From contig CM119371.1 of assembly GCA_051294905.1 (NCBI GenBank), forward strand, positions 34,660,001 to 34,724,000: a stretch of DNA of 64,000 bases. The letters are read 5' to 3'. The translations under genes and the position numbers were made by a program. The notes under the pieces were generated by a model. That model saw only the letters and a list, made by a program, of their open reading frames with translations. It did no database searches and had not been told where the DNA came from. Position 1 is the first letter of the stretch; every line of letters begins with the position of its first letter. The stretch comes from Botryllus schlosseri. Its lineage: Eukaryota. Of this stretch, positions 25,321 through 37,596 are shown piece by piece.

Positions 25321-25607
25321 GCCGCTGTAGCTCAGTTGTTGCACATCTGGTCTCGCAAGCCAGAGGTGTCGGGTTTGGTCCCTGACGGATGCCTCCCTAG
25401 AATCCAGCTAATGGTGAGGCTGGATTCCGGCAGGGAGTATACCTGGTGTCAAACTTCAGTAGTAATGGTACAAACTCCGTATTTCTTATGTTCCACTTTC
25501 AATGGTACGACTGATGCTCTTGCAGTAGAAGTAGCAAATCAGTGGCTTTAATGGTACTTGTAATTAGCCGCACCAAGCACTTTCAGTACAGAAGCCAATC
25601 AATCAAT
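25321..25607 (+). mobile_element. tRNA-derived SINE
   Basis: GCCGCTGTAGCTCAGTTG (A box) ... GGGTTTGGTCCC (degenerate B box), non-tRNA body, (CAAT)n tail. Confidence 0.6.
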
Positions 25608-26972
25608 ACTCTCCGCAAGTATTTTTAAATACATAATGTACAATGCGATCTAATGAACAGGTCAGAGGATGTTCAAATGACCAATTGTTGCTTGTCAATC
25701 TAACACCCTCGTCGATCTACTAGTGATAATCGTTGAGTTATATTTTTCATCTGAGCAAGTCACACACAAGTACAATGCGTTAAGACACAATGCGATGGTA
25801 TCACTAGTATTATTGCCTGCCATAGCAGTGTTTAATCTTGGATGTTTCAGCTATCTTATAATGTTTCCTTACTCTTTCATTGTCTTGTATGCCGCATACC
25901 GCATGTATCCTTCATTGGACCTTTATTTTGCAATGAGAACCGTGTATAATCATCCATATACATTATACGGTGTTCCCAGATGCTTGATTTTGACAGATAC
26001 CAAACTTCGGTGACACCTTAACATATCTGAGATTTCTTGTGAATGTGTATTGCTGTTTACCCAGCTCTACTTCCTCTTGAGAGATATTTTCTGGTCGGTC
26101 TAAGCTCCTGTATTAGTGAAAATGAAGCGTCAGTGTAGTATGAAAGCGTAAAACGATGGAGAAATTATTTATTCACTGCAAGGTCATGTCATATGCAATA
26201 CATAATATGCCTTTTGATTCTTCGGAAGCAAAGATTCCAACTGAAATGGTATACGACAGCAAAGTGACCACTCTTGGTATGCTCAATTCGAGACATTCTG
26301 TAGTCTGCCAGACTGTAGGCCCTACCTGGTTTTATAACGAGTCAAAATTACTCAATCGAGTGATGTTTCTCGTCACCAAACATTATTTGACTATGACTTT
26401 CTGTGTCAGGTGAAAATTTTTATATGTAGGACCAAACCTGAATCGTCTGAACCCTTCCAAGTCCCGTGGAAGATGTACGCCAACGGCTATAGCATAGATG
26501 TGCAACCTGCTGCCGTAGAAAAAATTGTGTGGCTTCTGCTGAAGTGCTAATTTCATGTGAAGTGCAGCCTCTATGTGGGTTTCTAATTGTGCTAATGGTC
26601 TGTTACATTTGGGTTGAGTTCTAATGGGCTGATAAAAGACACAGAACAGTGAAGTAGCCTACACAGTACACATGTGCTGACTTTGCAATAAATATTGGTA
26701 ACAAAACAAGCAATAAACTTTTACCTCTAGGTATTACTCTCTACTATGTGCAGTTTGATATTGTACTGTATATATACTTTATCGCTAAACGATTATATCC
26801 TTCCTTATCATGTAACTATACACTCTTATTGCAAACTTATTTACTCTGTATATTGTTTCTTGATTTTATGGGAAGGGGGGGAGGAGTGAAATGTTTTACC
26901 ATCATCAAGGAGAGAGTGTCTCAATAAGTTAGAAACCGCTGCTCTACCCGAACATAGAGTAATGAACTGGAA

Positions 26973-27655
26973 CAGTGGTTCCTAACTGCTGGTCCGGGGA
27001 GCATTTTCAGTGGTACGGTATGCGAAACTTTTAAATTTGCAAAATTATTATTTTTGAATTAGGACAATTAGGAATCAATTTCCGCCTAATTACTGCTAAA
27101 ACTTCACAAAATGTTGCTGTTAAGAGATGTTTTGTCATAGTTTGTGGAAAAACTAAATATTGGAGTAGGCTAGTCAATTCAGCGTCACTTCGAAATGTTT
27201 GCAAATGTCCATTTTGTCATGTAATATAGGCTACTTATAGAAATGACTAGGCTGGACGTTCCTGTACATTGAAATATATGTTTCTCAATTTTGGTGCCAT
27301 GTATGTTGCGGTCATACCCAACAGTGTCACCGCCATCTATCTCTGGGGAAATAGATTCTCGGCACTCGTTGATATCAAATTGAAGGCGCAGATTTTCAAG
27401 ACGCAGCCACAGATTTCTGGAAGTGCAGCTGCAGAATTCGCTACCGTCTAACCAATTCCTACATAAATAGTATGATCACTGGGATGTTATTTTCAAGAAA
27501 AGTAATTTTGTTCCTGTTTATCACTAGCCTACAGTTGATGTTTGCTCAAGACAGAAAACGGTTGTGTGCAAATTGAGCTAAATTTGAACTAAGACTTCTG
27601 GGGTTCGTGATGGCCCAAAAAGGGTCCCCTAAGACAAAAAGGTTGAGAACCACTC
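26973..27655. mobile_element. hAT (Charlie-like) MITE
   Basis: CAGTGGTTCCTAAC ... GGTTGAGAACCACTC; TSD AACTGGAA / AACTAGAA. Confidence 0.75.
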
Positions 27656-28715
27656 AACTAGAATGTGCTGATGCAACGCATACTTCAGTTGGTCTCAACA
27701 ATGTGATAGAATTATTGCTTGGAAATATAACTCGAGAGACTGTGTGAGTTGAGAAGGATGAATTAGAGCAGTCTATTTAAATAAATATGCATCCCTCGAA
27801 ATGAGAAGGTTTTCTTGGCTCCAATCCTCCTGTAGACCTGTATGTCTTCCAAACAGATTTGTACAAACTAGCAATCTAGTTGGTCGGCGGTAAATTCACT
27901 GTTACTTGTCGGAGTTGTAGATTTGAAATAATGAGTGGTTCAAGTTACAGTTGTGGCTTTTGGAAAGTTCTAGTTGCGGATTTTGAAAACTGAATAGTTC
28001 TAGTTGAAAAACATCTAGAAAACAGTTCTCGTCATTTGGAAAGAAACGTGATACTGGTGTTCTATTTGTCCCATTGGGTGATGTTCTTGCAGCCATTGCT
28101 AGCTCAGAGTAATAGTGGCTGAGCAGGAGGGTTGGTTTTTGAGGTCGGAACTCCTTCCATTTTGAACACGAAACCCCATCCTTTTGAATCCTATTGAAAC
28201 CGCATCCTGTTCTCACTCCAATATTTTCCAACTCATTTACAATGCTGTAATTCGTAGCCCACTATCAGTCAGTTGTGTTTTGGTTAGTTCTAGTACTGGT
28301 TGCGAGTTTTAAAAAGTCAGTAGTTCCAGTTCTAAGTCACTGGTTTTAAAAAGTGTGTAGTTCCAATTCTAGTTGGGAGTTGTGAAAAATTAGTAGTTGT
28401 TGTTCTGAATTTTGAAATATCAGTACCGTTATCTCCAGTTGCGCATTTTTAAAATCAAGTAGTTTCTATGAGTCTGCTTCCAAAAGACGATATTTCAGTG
28501 TAAATGTAACTGTAGCATTGTTAAGTCATTTGCGATCCATGACTGTTGTAAAATTTTGTCTCACCACGGCTCTATGCTTCGACCGTGCAAGTCGCTTTGA
28601 ATTTGGTTTCGATTTACTGATGTCCTGGTTTAAATTTTTATCAGTAAAACAAATATTGATATGTAGCGATTCGGTTCTTGATTCAAATCTCCTGTGATTC
28701 AATTTAGCCAACGTC

Positions 28716-29543
28716 CACTGGATGACTCGAGTCACCTATTTCGTATGACTTGACTTTTCAGAAATGCGTATTGACTCGTGACTCGAAGCAAAATTTACGA
28801 GTCGATTTCAAGTCATCAAGTAATCGATGTTGACTAAATCGCTGTATCTTGTATAAGTTCGGATTGTTGACGATACGCTGGTGGGGCCAGGAGAGCAACC
28901 AATCACTTAATGATTGTGTGTTTCACCAAGCCTCTATTGATATCTTGAAAACAAATTGATCGCTAACGCAGTGATCTGAGCTTACGTTATCGTAAACTAG
29001 CAGTAAAGTAATATCCTAGCAATGTATCTCTGTTCTATGAACTGCTAACAGTGTCCATTGCTCACCTTAACCTACCCTTTTGTATGATTTGAATCAAACG
29101 AACATCGTTCATACGTTTATAATTGTGTATCATGGATATGTAGGTAGGCTATAGGGTGTTGCACCATATCATTTGTTCAACTTTCGGAGGTTTTGTATTT
29201 AAGCTGTATTTGACCGATAATTATAGACTGGAGCTATACCGCTACTCCCGTCGTTCAGCAGTTCTACTTATGCATGAGCGATACAGCGCATTTTTGCGTG
29301 TATAATCAACTTTACATTCATTCCTCGATTCAGAATAAATGGGGACTCCATCTGTATTTAAAACAGTTAGCGAAACGCAATGACTTTAAATCATGTATCT
29401 TACTTTTAAAGTTCAACTTTACTCGACTAGTGACTCGACTTAAGTCACCTTTGGAATCGAGTGACTTGATTTGACTCGAGCCAAAATGTGCAATGACTCG
29501 AGATGACTTGGGACTCGAAGTTAGTGACTTTATCCCAACACTG
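28716..29543. mobile_element. CAGTGTTGGGAT-family MITE copy
   Basis: Colinear with 7012-7812; right end ATCCCAACACTG; left end degenerate. Confidence 0.75.
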
Positions 29544-29925
29544 CATGTTGTGGACTTTCCTTTTTTTTTTAAATCTTGCTCATTTTAGATTCATGGAATT
29601 TAAATTACCACATTTAAATCTTTATATATTCAAATGTTTTCAGTTATTTAATTTCGGATGTAATTTCAAATGATCCTTATGGATGTCGACTTTCGACTGT
29701 CTGTATTGCTGGTAGAGATGTACACTGGACAGCATCAAGATTTTCAATTTTAATCGGACAAGACTGGATTTGGATCAAGACAGGATTCTAAATTTCTATT
29801 CTATTTAAGTGACTTTGTAGCCTACTTGTGTAGTGTCCAGTTGAACAGAGAACGCATCTGGTTCGGAGAATTGTTGAATAGCAAATTTCAGCGCATCTCC
29901 AGAGACGTAGTTAGAACCTATCTCG

Positions 29926-31200
29926 GTGGGTCTAAAAGACCACCATAAACGCAGCCACTGCACATGTGAGATCTGTGGGAAAGTGTTTTCAGGCTACATG
30001 GGTTTGAAATCACATTGGAATACACATATTGAAGTTAGAAACTACGGATGTGAGATTTGTGGGAAGTCTTTCACTAAAAAAGAGCAAGTAAAAGTGCACA
30101 TACATTTTCACATAGGAGTAAAAAACTATGTATGTGAAATTGGTGGTAAATCTTTCAATCAGAACAGAGACATGAAGGTACATGAGACTACACATACTGC
30201 AGTCAAAGGCTACAAATGTGAGGTATGTGGGAAAGCGTTTTCAGTCCACAACTCATTGAAAAACACATTGGAATACACATACCGGAATCAAACACTATGA
30301 GTGTGAAGTCTGTGGGAATTCCTTCACTACAAAGCCACATTTAGTAGAACACATGGATATTCACGCTGCAGTAAGGAAATTTGGGTGTGGGATCCGTGGC
30401 AGAATGTTTACTCTGATACCTAGCTTGAAACCACATGTGCTTACACATACTGCAGTCAAAACCTACGAGTGTGAGATGTGTGGGAAGTCCTTTGCCTTGA
30501 AGGGAAATTTAACACGTCACATTCTTTTTCATACTGGAGTCAAAACCGACATGTGTGAGATGTGTGAGAAGTCATTCGCTACCAAAGCTCATTTAGGACG
30601 ACATATGCATATTAGGGCTGTTCAAAAATAACTTTTTGTTCTTGATTCCAGCCATTCAGTCATTAAATTGTCAGGTTACCCTGAAAAACGCTGCACACCT
30701 AATTTGGTTCAATTCTAACAAGTATAGGGCTCCGCTGATCTAATTGAAATTTTTAATTTCAATAGGAAAATTAAAAAATAATGTCAAGTTTTTCTGTCAA
30801 CCCCATGAAATTGTTGAGCTGTCTTCAGACACGACGCAGAACAAATTTGACTCAATTCCAACTAGTAGAAGCGGAGTTATTGGAGTTTTTCGTTGATAAT
30901 CCTCGGATTATCCACCAATCAAGGTTCTGACTGGAATAAAAGAAAACATAAGTGCGAGATCTGCCCGAGCGTTTGCTAGACTCACACGAGTATTCATTCC
31001 GGAGTCAAAATCGACGAACGTTGCATCTGCTGGAAGTCCTTTCCAAGAAAGGCATATTTAGAAGGCACGTCTCAAAAACTTTAATTTTGTTTTCATTGGT
31101 AATATGTTTACTAATGTCGGTGAATTGAAAACATCGTGGAATACACATACTGGAGTAGAAAAAAGCGTAATGTGAGATCGGTTAGGAGTATCCTGCATTG
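29926..31200 (+). pseudogene. C2H2 zinc-finger array pseudogene 1
   Basis: Repeated CEICGK..F...L..H...H units; frameshift near 30260; Cys-loss fingers (CEIGGK, CGIRGR); MITE insertion at 30613 truncating a finger at HMHI; decayed fingers resume at ~30930. Confidence 0.85.
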
Positions 31201-31345
31201 GTGTCAAAATCTTCAAAGTACTTTTGAGGAAACTTTGCATCACCATGCACCGTGAAAAATAGCACCTGTTCTGGGGGGCTGGAGTTAGTTTAGAAACTAT
31301 TGCCTATTTGTGCTGCCATAATTATTTTGCGTCTGTCGTGAAGAT

Positions 31346-32940
31346 TAGGGGTGTTCAAAAAAACTTTATTCCTCAAATTTCATCGGCTTAATTGTCAAAT
31401 CGTCAAGTAAGCTATAAAAACGTTGCACACCAAATTTGACTCAATTCCAACCGGTAGAAGCTGAAGTCTGTCAAATGGAAATTTCGGTCATTTTTGAAAT
31501 TATAGTATTTACGGTGACCAATTTCGTCACACCGATATGACCAAAAATCGTGTTCCAGGTATGCCTGAAGAGGCAGGGATGTCTTATTGACTTGTTTTGA
31601 TCTTGGCAAGAGCATATGGTGGAGTTTAGATGAAGACATCGCCAGTAAACGAAAAATGATATGACATGGAAATTAGTCCACTTCATTAAAACAGATGCTT
31701 TTAACCGATGGCGAGATAGTTTTCAAACAGAGTACTTAACACACTAAAATTAACGACCACGAAAAGGAAACGAACTGATAATAAGCACGTAAAATACGGT
31801 TAAATATATTTCCCAAGTGATAGTCAATATCTATATTCTTTTTCGGTCCAATGTAGATTTCTTCACAATACAATTTGATCTTATCTGATATTCTATCATT
31901 TGCTCTGCAGCACTCCTATGGTACTCTCACAGGTGAATTATAGAACTAGGGCATCGTGACAGATCTTATTCCTCTCAAAAGTTATCGTCCTCTCTTCATG
32001 TCATCCTCCACATTTGGTGAATACCATCTATAATTGTATCCATATCTTGTGGTAGAACACCAATATTTTTTCTTATTCTATGACAAGAAGGGGATATTGA
32101 AAGACCGGAAAATGACTAATGTACTAGAAGCTCAGTGGGTTACCATTTAATTACACTGAAGCTGAAAGTTTCGAACACATAAAAAGCTCTAGTATCAACG
32201 CTTATGTGAAGTACCAGAAATGCTTTTACAACTCATAAATACTATTCATTGGCATAGCCCATTTTCAATTGTAACCAGCACCATTTTTAATGCCCTGGAT
32301 CAGTCAATGTCAAGTAGCAGAGAAATTCTCGAACACTGAGCTGCTGAGGAATGAAACTGATGTCTCTGACGAGATTTTGGGAATGGCGACTTTGCAATCA
32401 GTAAAAACTACGAATCAAGGCAGAGAGACATCGGTATGCCCTGCATATCTGGGATGGATTTCGTGAAATCTAAATTGGTGCGACAAAAATACTTCGATAT
32501 ATGACTTTTACTTGAAAAATATAGGTATCCGTATTTTACCTGCTGGTCAGTTCATTTCCTTTTCGTGGTCGTTAAGTCCAGTGCGTAAAGAACTCTATTT
32601 GAAAATTATCTCACCATCCTTTCTACGTGGCTATTGCAATGAAGTGGACTAATTTCCAGCTAATCTGTGTCATATACTTTTTCGTTTATTGGCGATTTCT
32701 TGATCCAAACTCCACCATAGGCCCTTTTCAAGATCAAAACAAGTGGAGAAGACATCCCTGCCTCTTCAGGCATACCTGGAACACGATTTTTGTTTATGAC
32801 CAGGTGACGAAATTGGTCACCGTAAATACCGTTATCTCAAAAGTGACCGAAATTTCAATTTGACTGACCTCGGCTTTTACTGGTTGGAATTGAGTCACAG
32901 GTAACCTGACGATTTGACAACAAAGCCGACGAAATTTGAA
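31346..32940. mobile_element. Foldback-like element with ~450-bp imperfect inverted repeats (TAGGGGTGTTC family)
   Basis: 31370-31800 is the reverse complement of ~32520-32940; ORFs 31471-31686(-) and 32627-32863(+) are mirror translations. Confidence 0.85.
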
Positions 32941-33227
32941 AAAAAGGCAACCGCTGGATGTAGACTGTAGAGTCATGATATATAGCTCCAAATCTGCAGA
33001 AACATCATGTTTCTATCTGTCTTAAGAAGAAAGTTCTCTCTATTGTGAACACAAAGCGAGTTATAGCCAAAAAACAGTAAAACCGCTATTTTTTCAAATT
33101 TTGGCGTTATACAGTGCAGTTATTGACTCTTAATAAGCCATGTTTTGTTTTTACAGATTGTTACGCTACACCTAGTTACTTTACAAAGTAGCCTATCGTA
33201 TGATTTATTGGGTTTATGATCACAATT

Positions 33228-33825
33228 ATGGTGAGAACTAGACGAAGTGGAGAACATATCAAGATTTTGCATGGTGGCGAAAAGTTCAGTGGTTGTCAAA
33301 AGTTTCCACCTGGTTTACTGCCCGCAAAAGGGCAAGTGATAGAGAGAATACTCCAATTCAAGAACTTTCGCACTAAACAAGCTGCGTCAAAAGTTGCGAA
33401 AGAAATCTATGACATCTGAGTGTTTGGCAATGTTCATCCTCTGAACCAACGTACCATAACCCAAAAGATTCAATTGTTGGTCATAGACTTTAGTAAACTC
33501 CACCGGTGGCCAAAAAGCAAACGTATTAAATCGTACTTGAAAAAGCAAGCAATTTTTTTTGTCAAACGTAGATGAATTGTATGACATCTTCTGTACAGAT
33601 GATAATCAACGAAAAGATTTTGAAAAACAGCATAAGTTGCGAATGACTGAGAAGGATTGGAAATTTTACAATGATCAAAAGGGGCCGCGTGCTGAAAGAT
33701 GTCTGGATATTATCGGGCCTTTGGATTCATCTGACCAAATTTTCGCACGCCGGTTAACGTCACAACTGAACGCCAGAACTTCCTCAGCCCAAAGTGAAAT
33801 GGAGGTCGAACTGGATGCTGGGCAT
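33228..33825 (+). pseudogene. DNA-transposase N-terminal relic (tentatively hATm-type)
   Basis: MVRTRRS...LLPAKGQVIERIL...AASKVAKEIYDI*, then FLSNVDELYDIFC...MTEKDWKFYNDQKGPR; pattern (LP..QV, LFDI.C, D..F..DQ...R) recalled from invertebrate hATm-type transposases; stops and frameshifts present. Confidence 0.5.
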
Positions 33826-34530
33826 GGGCAATTTAGATAGTCACGGTGGAATCAAAAACCATGAATGTGAAATCTGTGGCAGATCATTCAATCAGATTGG
33901 TACATTGCAAACACATGGGAATACACATACCGGAGTAAAAAGCGATGAGCGTGAGATCTGTGGGAGGTCATTAGCTTCAAAGTCATGTTTAGCAGGACGC
34001 ATACCTATTTACACTGGAGTAAAAAACTATAAATGTGGGATCTGTGGAAAGAAATACACATGCATATCTACACTGGAGTCAAAAAGTAGGTATGTGTGAT
34101 ATGTGAAAAGTATTTCACTGAATGTGGAAGTTTAGCAAAGAACAACAAAATTTACACTGGCGTCAAAACTGTAAGTGTGAGATGTGTGGGGAAGTCGTTC
34201 ACTGGAAAGTTAGGTTTAGCAACACACATGCATGTTCACACTGAAGTTTAAAAAACATGAGTGTGAGATCTGCGGCAGAGCGTTCACTTGAATCTGTAAC
34301 CTGAAATCACACATGAATACTCATTCTGGAGTCAAAATCTATGAATGTGACATCTGCTGGATATCCTTCGCTGGAAAGACACATGCATATTTACTCCGGT
34401 CTCGAAGACTATCAATGTATAATCTGTGGTAATACGTTTACCGAAGTCGGTAAATTGGAAAGATCTCGGAATACACATACTAGAGTAAAAAAAGCTAAAT
34501 GTGAGATGTCTTGTGAGTATCTTGCTTGAA
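33826..34530 (+). pseudogene. C2H2 zinc-finger array pseudogene 2
   Basis: HECEICGRSFNQIGTLQTHGNTHTGVK... with lost Cys/His residues, deletions, stops and frameshifts. Confidence 0.85.
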
Positions 34531-34630
34531 AAGTGTCCTTAGCCATAACGCAGTCGCATGGGCGACATATATTGACATTATAGTCACAAATGTTTTTATT
34601 CTTTGAATTATGAGGTAGAAAGTACTTGAG

Positions 34631-34884
34631 AGGAAAATCTGCATCACCGTGCTGAGTGAAATGTTCATATCGACCGGGAAAAATAACCCCTGAACTGTGG
34701 TAGCTGAAGTTATTTTAGGAACTATTTGGGGTGCCATTATTACTTTGCGTTTGTCGTGAGGAAAATCTGCATCACCGTGCTGAGTGAAACGTTCATATCG
34801 ACTGGGAAAAATAACCCTGCACTGAGGTAGCTGAAATTATTTTAGAAACTATTTGGGGTGCCATTATTACTTTGCGTTTGTCGT
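34631..34884. repeat. ~127-bp direct tandem duplication in the 3' flank of ZNF pseudogene 2
   Basis: GAGGAAAATCTGCATCACCGTGCTGAGTGAAA...TTTGCGTTTGTCGT occurs twice; one diverged copy at 31216-31345 behind pseudogene 1. Confidence 0.9.
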
Positions 34885-35620
34885 AACGATGTACCCTGAA
34901 AGTAGTCACCTTCGATTAAGTTCTATAAGTGTCCAAACCCTTGGTCAAATCTAATTTTTTAAACTATGTAGCCGAGTACTTTTCAGAACTTCATTTCCAC
35001 TTTCACTAGAAGTAGTTTAGGCATGTCTTTGAACTTGTACTTGATTAGACTTTAACGACGGTACTTCTACTAGAGTAGCGACAATGACTACTTCTGGGTA
35101 TACAGGAGTAATTTGTTCGTCAAACTGGACAGGCATCTCGTCGCTCCATCCATTCCATTTACGGGTAAAAAAGAGATTTTGGAGTTCTTTGAACTGTCAG
35201 TTTTCTGCCAATTTGATTGTTCACTGGTTTCATTCCTGGATTAAAATGAGGCTTTTGGTTTTCTTGAATGGTCAGTTTTTGTCGGGTGGTTTGCTTGTGC
35301 CCAAGTAAATATACACCCAAGTGGAATTGTGATATCAGAAAAAGGTGTGTCTGAAATGGCTATGGTGTATTGTCTTATTACCGATCATTGCAACGCAGAG
35401 ACATATTCAAGTGCTATTAAAATGTTCAGTTTGTTTTCTGTAATTGGTTACTTTCAGTGTTTTGCACACCTTTTGTTTCAGACTGTGGTGCTTTAATATA
35501 ACACTTCCCTTACTATGCAATAGCCGATGCTCGGCGATTGAAGGATACCGTAATTATTTTCGAACAAAGAACTGTGGATGTGTGCTACCTGAAGAAGTAA
35601 CTTACAAATACGCAGGGAGA

Positions 35621-36886
35621 ATGACAAAGAAGATATGCTCGATCTGTGGAAAAAAGATCTCTTCATGGAAAAGACATTTGATAATATGCCCTCGTTTCAA
35701 AAATCATGAATGTGAGATCTGTGGGAAATCCTTCAGCAAAAAGTCACAATTAGCAAAACACATGCTTTATCACACTGGAGTCAGAAACTATGAATGTAAG
35801 ATCTGTGGGGGAATGTTTACTACGAAAGGTAACTTGAAATCGCATTGGGATGTGCATACTGGAGTCAAAAACTATGATTGTGAAATATGCGGGAAAACCT
35901 TTACTTCGAAGTCACATTTAACACGTCATATTCGTATTCACACTGGAGTTAAAGACTACAAGTGTGAGATCTGTGGGAAGTCCTATGCTGCAAAATCCCA
36001 TGTAGAACAACACATGGATATTCACATTGGAGGCAAAAACTATGAATGTGACTTCTGTGGCAGAGCGTTTAGTCGAACTTGTGTCTTGAAAAGACATTGG
36101 AATACACATACTGGAGTCAAAAACTACAAGTGTGAGATGTGTGGGAGGTCTTTCGCTGAAAGAGCCATACTAAAACAACATATGCATATTCACTCTGCGG
36201 TAAAAAACTATGAATGTGAGATATGTGGCAGAGCGTTTACTCAAATCAGTGTCTTGAAGATACATGGGAATACACACACTGGTATCAAAAACTATAAATG
36301 TGAGTGCTGTGGGAAGTTCTTTGCTATAAAGGGAAATTTGATGCGTCACATTCGTAGTCATACTGGAGTCAAGAAGTACAAGTGTGAGATATGTGGAATT
36401 TATTCCGCTGGAAAAACCGACTTGATACAGCACATGCGTATTCACACTAGAGGTAAAAACTATGGATGTGAGATATGTGGCAAAGCGTTTACTCAAATCA
36501 GTGTCTTGAAGATACATGGGAATACACACACTGGTATAAAAAACTATAATTGTGAGATTTGTGGCCTAGCCCTCGCTTCAAAATCAAGTTTAGCAATACA
36601 TATCCTTATTCACACTGGAGTAAAAAACTATGAATGTAAGATCTGTGGTAAGTTGTTTGCTAGAAAGGCGCAGTTAGAAGGACACATACACATTCATACT
36701 GGAGTCAAAAACTATGAATGTGAGATCTGTTGGAAAATGTTTTCAAGCTACTCTCAATTGAAATCACATGGAAATACACACACCGGGATCAAAAACCACA
36801 ACTGTGAGATTTGTGGAAAGTCCTTCGCTAGAAAGTCACATTTAGAAGGGCACATGCACATTCATACAGAAGTCAAAATCCAATGA
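35621..36886 (+). CDS. Poly-C2H2 zinc-finger protein (14 fingers plus a degenerate first finger), no effector domain seen
   Basis: Open ORF of tandem 28-aa fingers with TGVKNY linkers; ATG 35621 aligns with the ATG of the 38400 paralog (MTKKICSICGK vs MTKTCSICGK); acceptor TTTCAG at 35481. Confidence 0.9.
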   Translation: MTKKICSICGKKISSWKRHLIICPRFKNHECEICGKSFSKKSQLAKHMLYHTGVRNYECKICGGMFTTKGNLKSHWDVHTGVKNYDCEICGKTFTSKSHLTRHIRIHTGVKDYKCEICGKSYAAKSHVEQHMDIHIGGKNYECDFCGRAFSRTCVLKRHWNTHTGVKNYKCEMCGRSFAERAILKQHMHIHSAVKNYECEICGRAFTQISVLKIHGNTHTGIKNYKCECCGKFFAIKGNLMRHIRSHTGVKKYKCEICGIYSAGKTDLIQHMRIHTRGKNYGCEICGKAFTQISVLKIHGNTHTGIKNYNCEICGLALASKSSLAIHILIHTGVKNYECKICGKLFARKAQLEGHIHIHTGVKNYECEICWKMFSSYSQLKSHGNTHTGIKNHNCEICGKSFARKSHLEGHMHIHTEVKIQ

Positions 36887-37519
36887 TATAATTTCTGTCG
36901 AAGAATGTTTACTCATATTGGCACATTGAAAACTTCGAAATACACATACTGGTGTCGAAAACTACGTAATTGAGATCTGTTGGAAGTAATTTGCTACAAA
37001 ACCATATTCAGAAAGACTTATATATGCACACTGGAGTGAAAATACGAATATAATATCCGTGAGAAGCCTTTCAAATTAATTTTAGATCAGTGGAAGTGCA
37101 TTTACTTGATCGAAGATATTTATATCGCAGTTTGAGCTTTTCAAGTTTGTTGTCATTATTAAATCTCGTGTAAAGTCGGTTGCGTATCTTGGTGTGTCAG
37201 GATGTATCCCGTTTATATATGTTTTGCAGTTGCTATTGCTTTTTATTTTACCGTATTTAGTAGCATACTTATCGTTCTTGACTCGTTCGGGTTTCAAGAA
37301 AGAGTGAGCATGATCTGATTCTTGGAAAGACGCAAGTCAACTTTTTCAGGCCCTTATCCGTGTCACATTGTTGTAGGTTATTTGTATTTATATTAATATC
37401 ATTCGACATATACCTCCTCTAGTCTTTATTCAAAATTAACGTGATGTTGCTTGTATTACAAAATGAAATAATTCTACTGTTTAATATTTGAGTAAATATT
37501 AGTTCTTTTCATTTTCACA

Positions 37520-37596
37520 GTTTTCGAGCTGATTTTATCCAACTCTTGTGTTCAAAGTTCTGAAAATGCTCCAAAGAACAATAGTACAGGCTGCAG
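37520..37596 (+). pseudogene. Duplicated, donor-less copy of LYPLAL1 coding exon 1
   Basis: ATG at 37566 gives MLQRTIVQAA-G (31 nt) vs MLHRTIVAPT-G at 41259; upstream acceptor context conserved; followed by AT instead of GT. Confidence 0.75.

Noticed and set aside
25321..25395. tRNA gene (also 46820-46890 and 49310-49385)
   Set aside because: A/B boxes are present but no consistent cloverleaf, and they run into SINE-like bodies or tails
35444..35620. N-terminal extension of the 480-aa ZNF ORF
   Set aside because: Starts at a non-ATG codon upstream of a splice acceptor; the homologous region before the 38400 gene is not open
35918..36529. Antisense ORFs over the ZNF genes (also 38465, 38961, 39364, 30010)
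   Set aside because: Shadows of the periodic finger-coding strand
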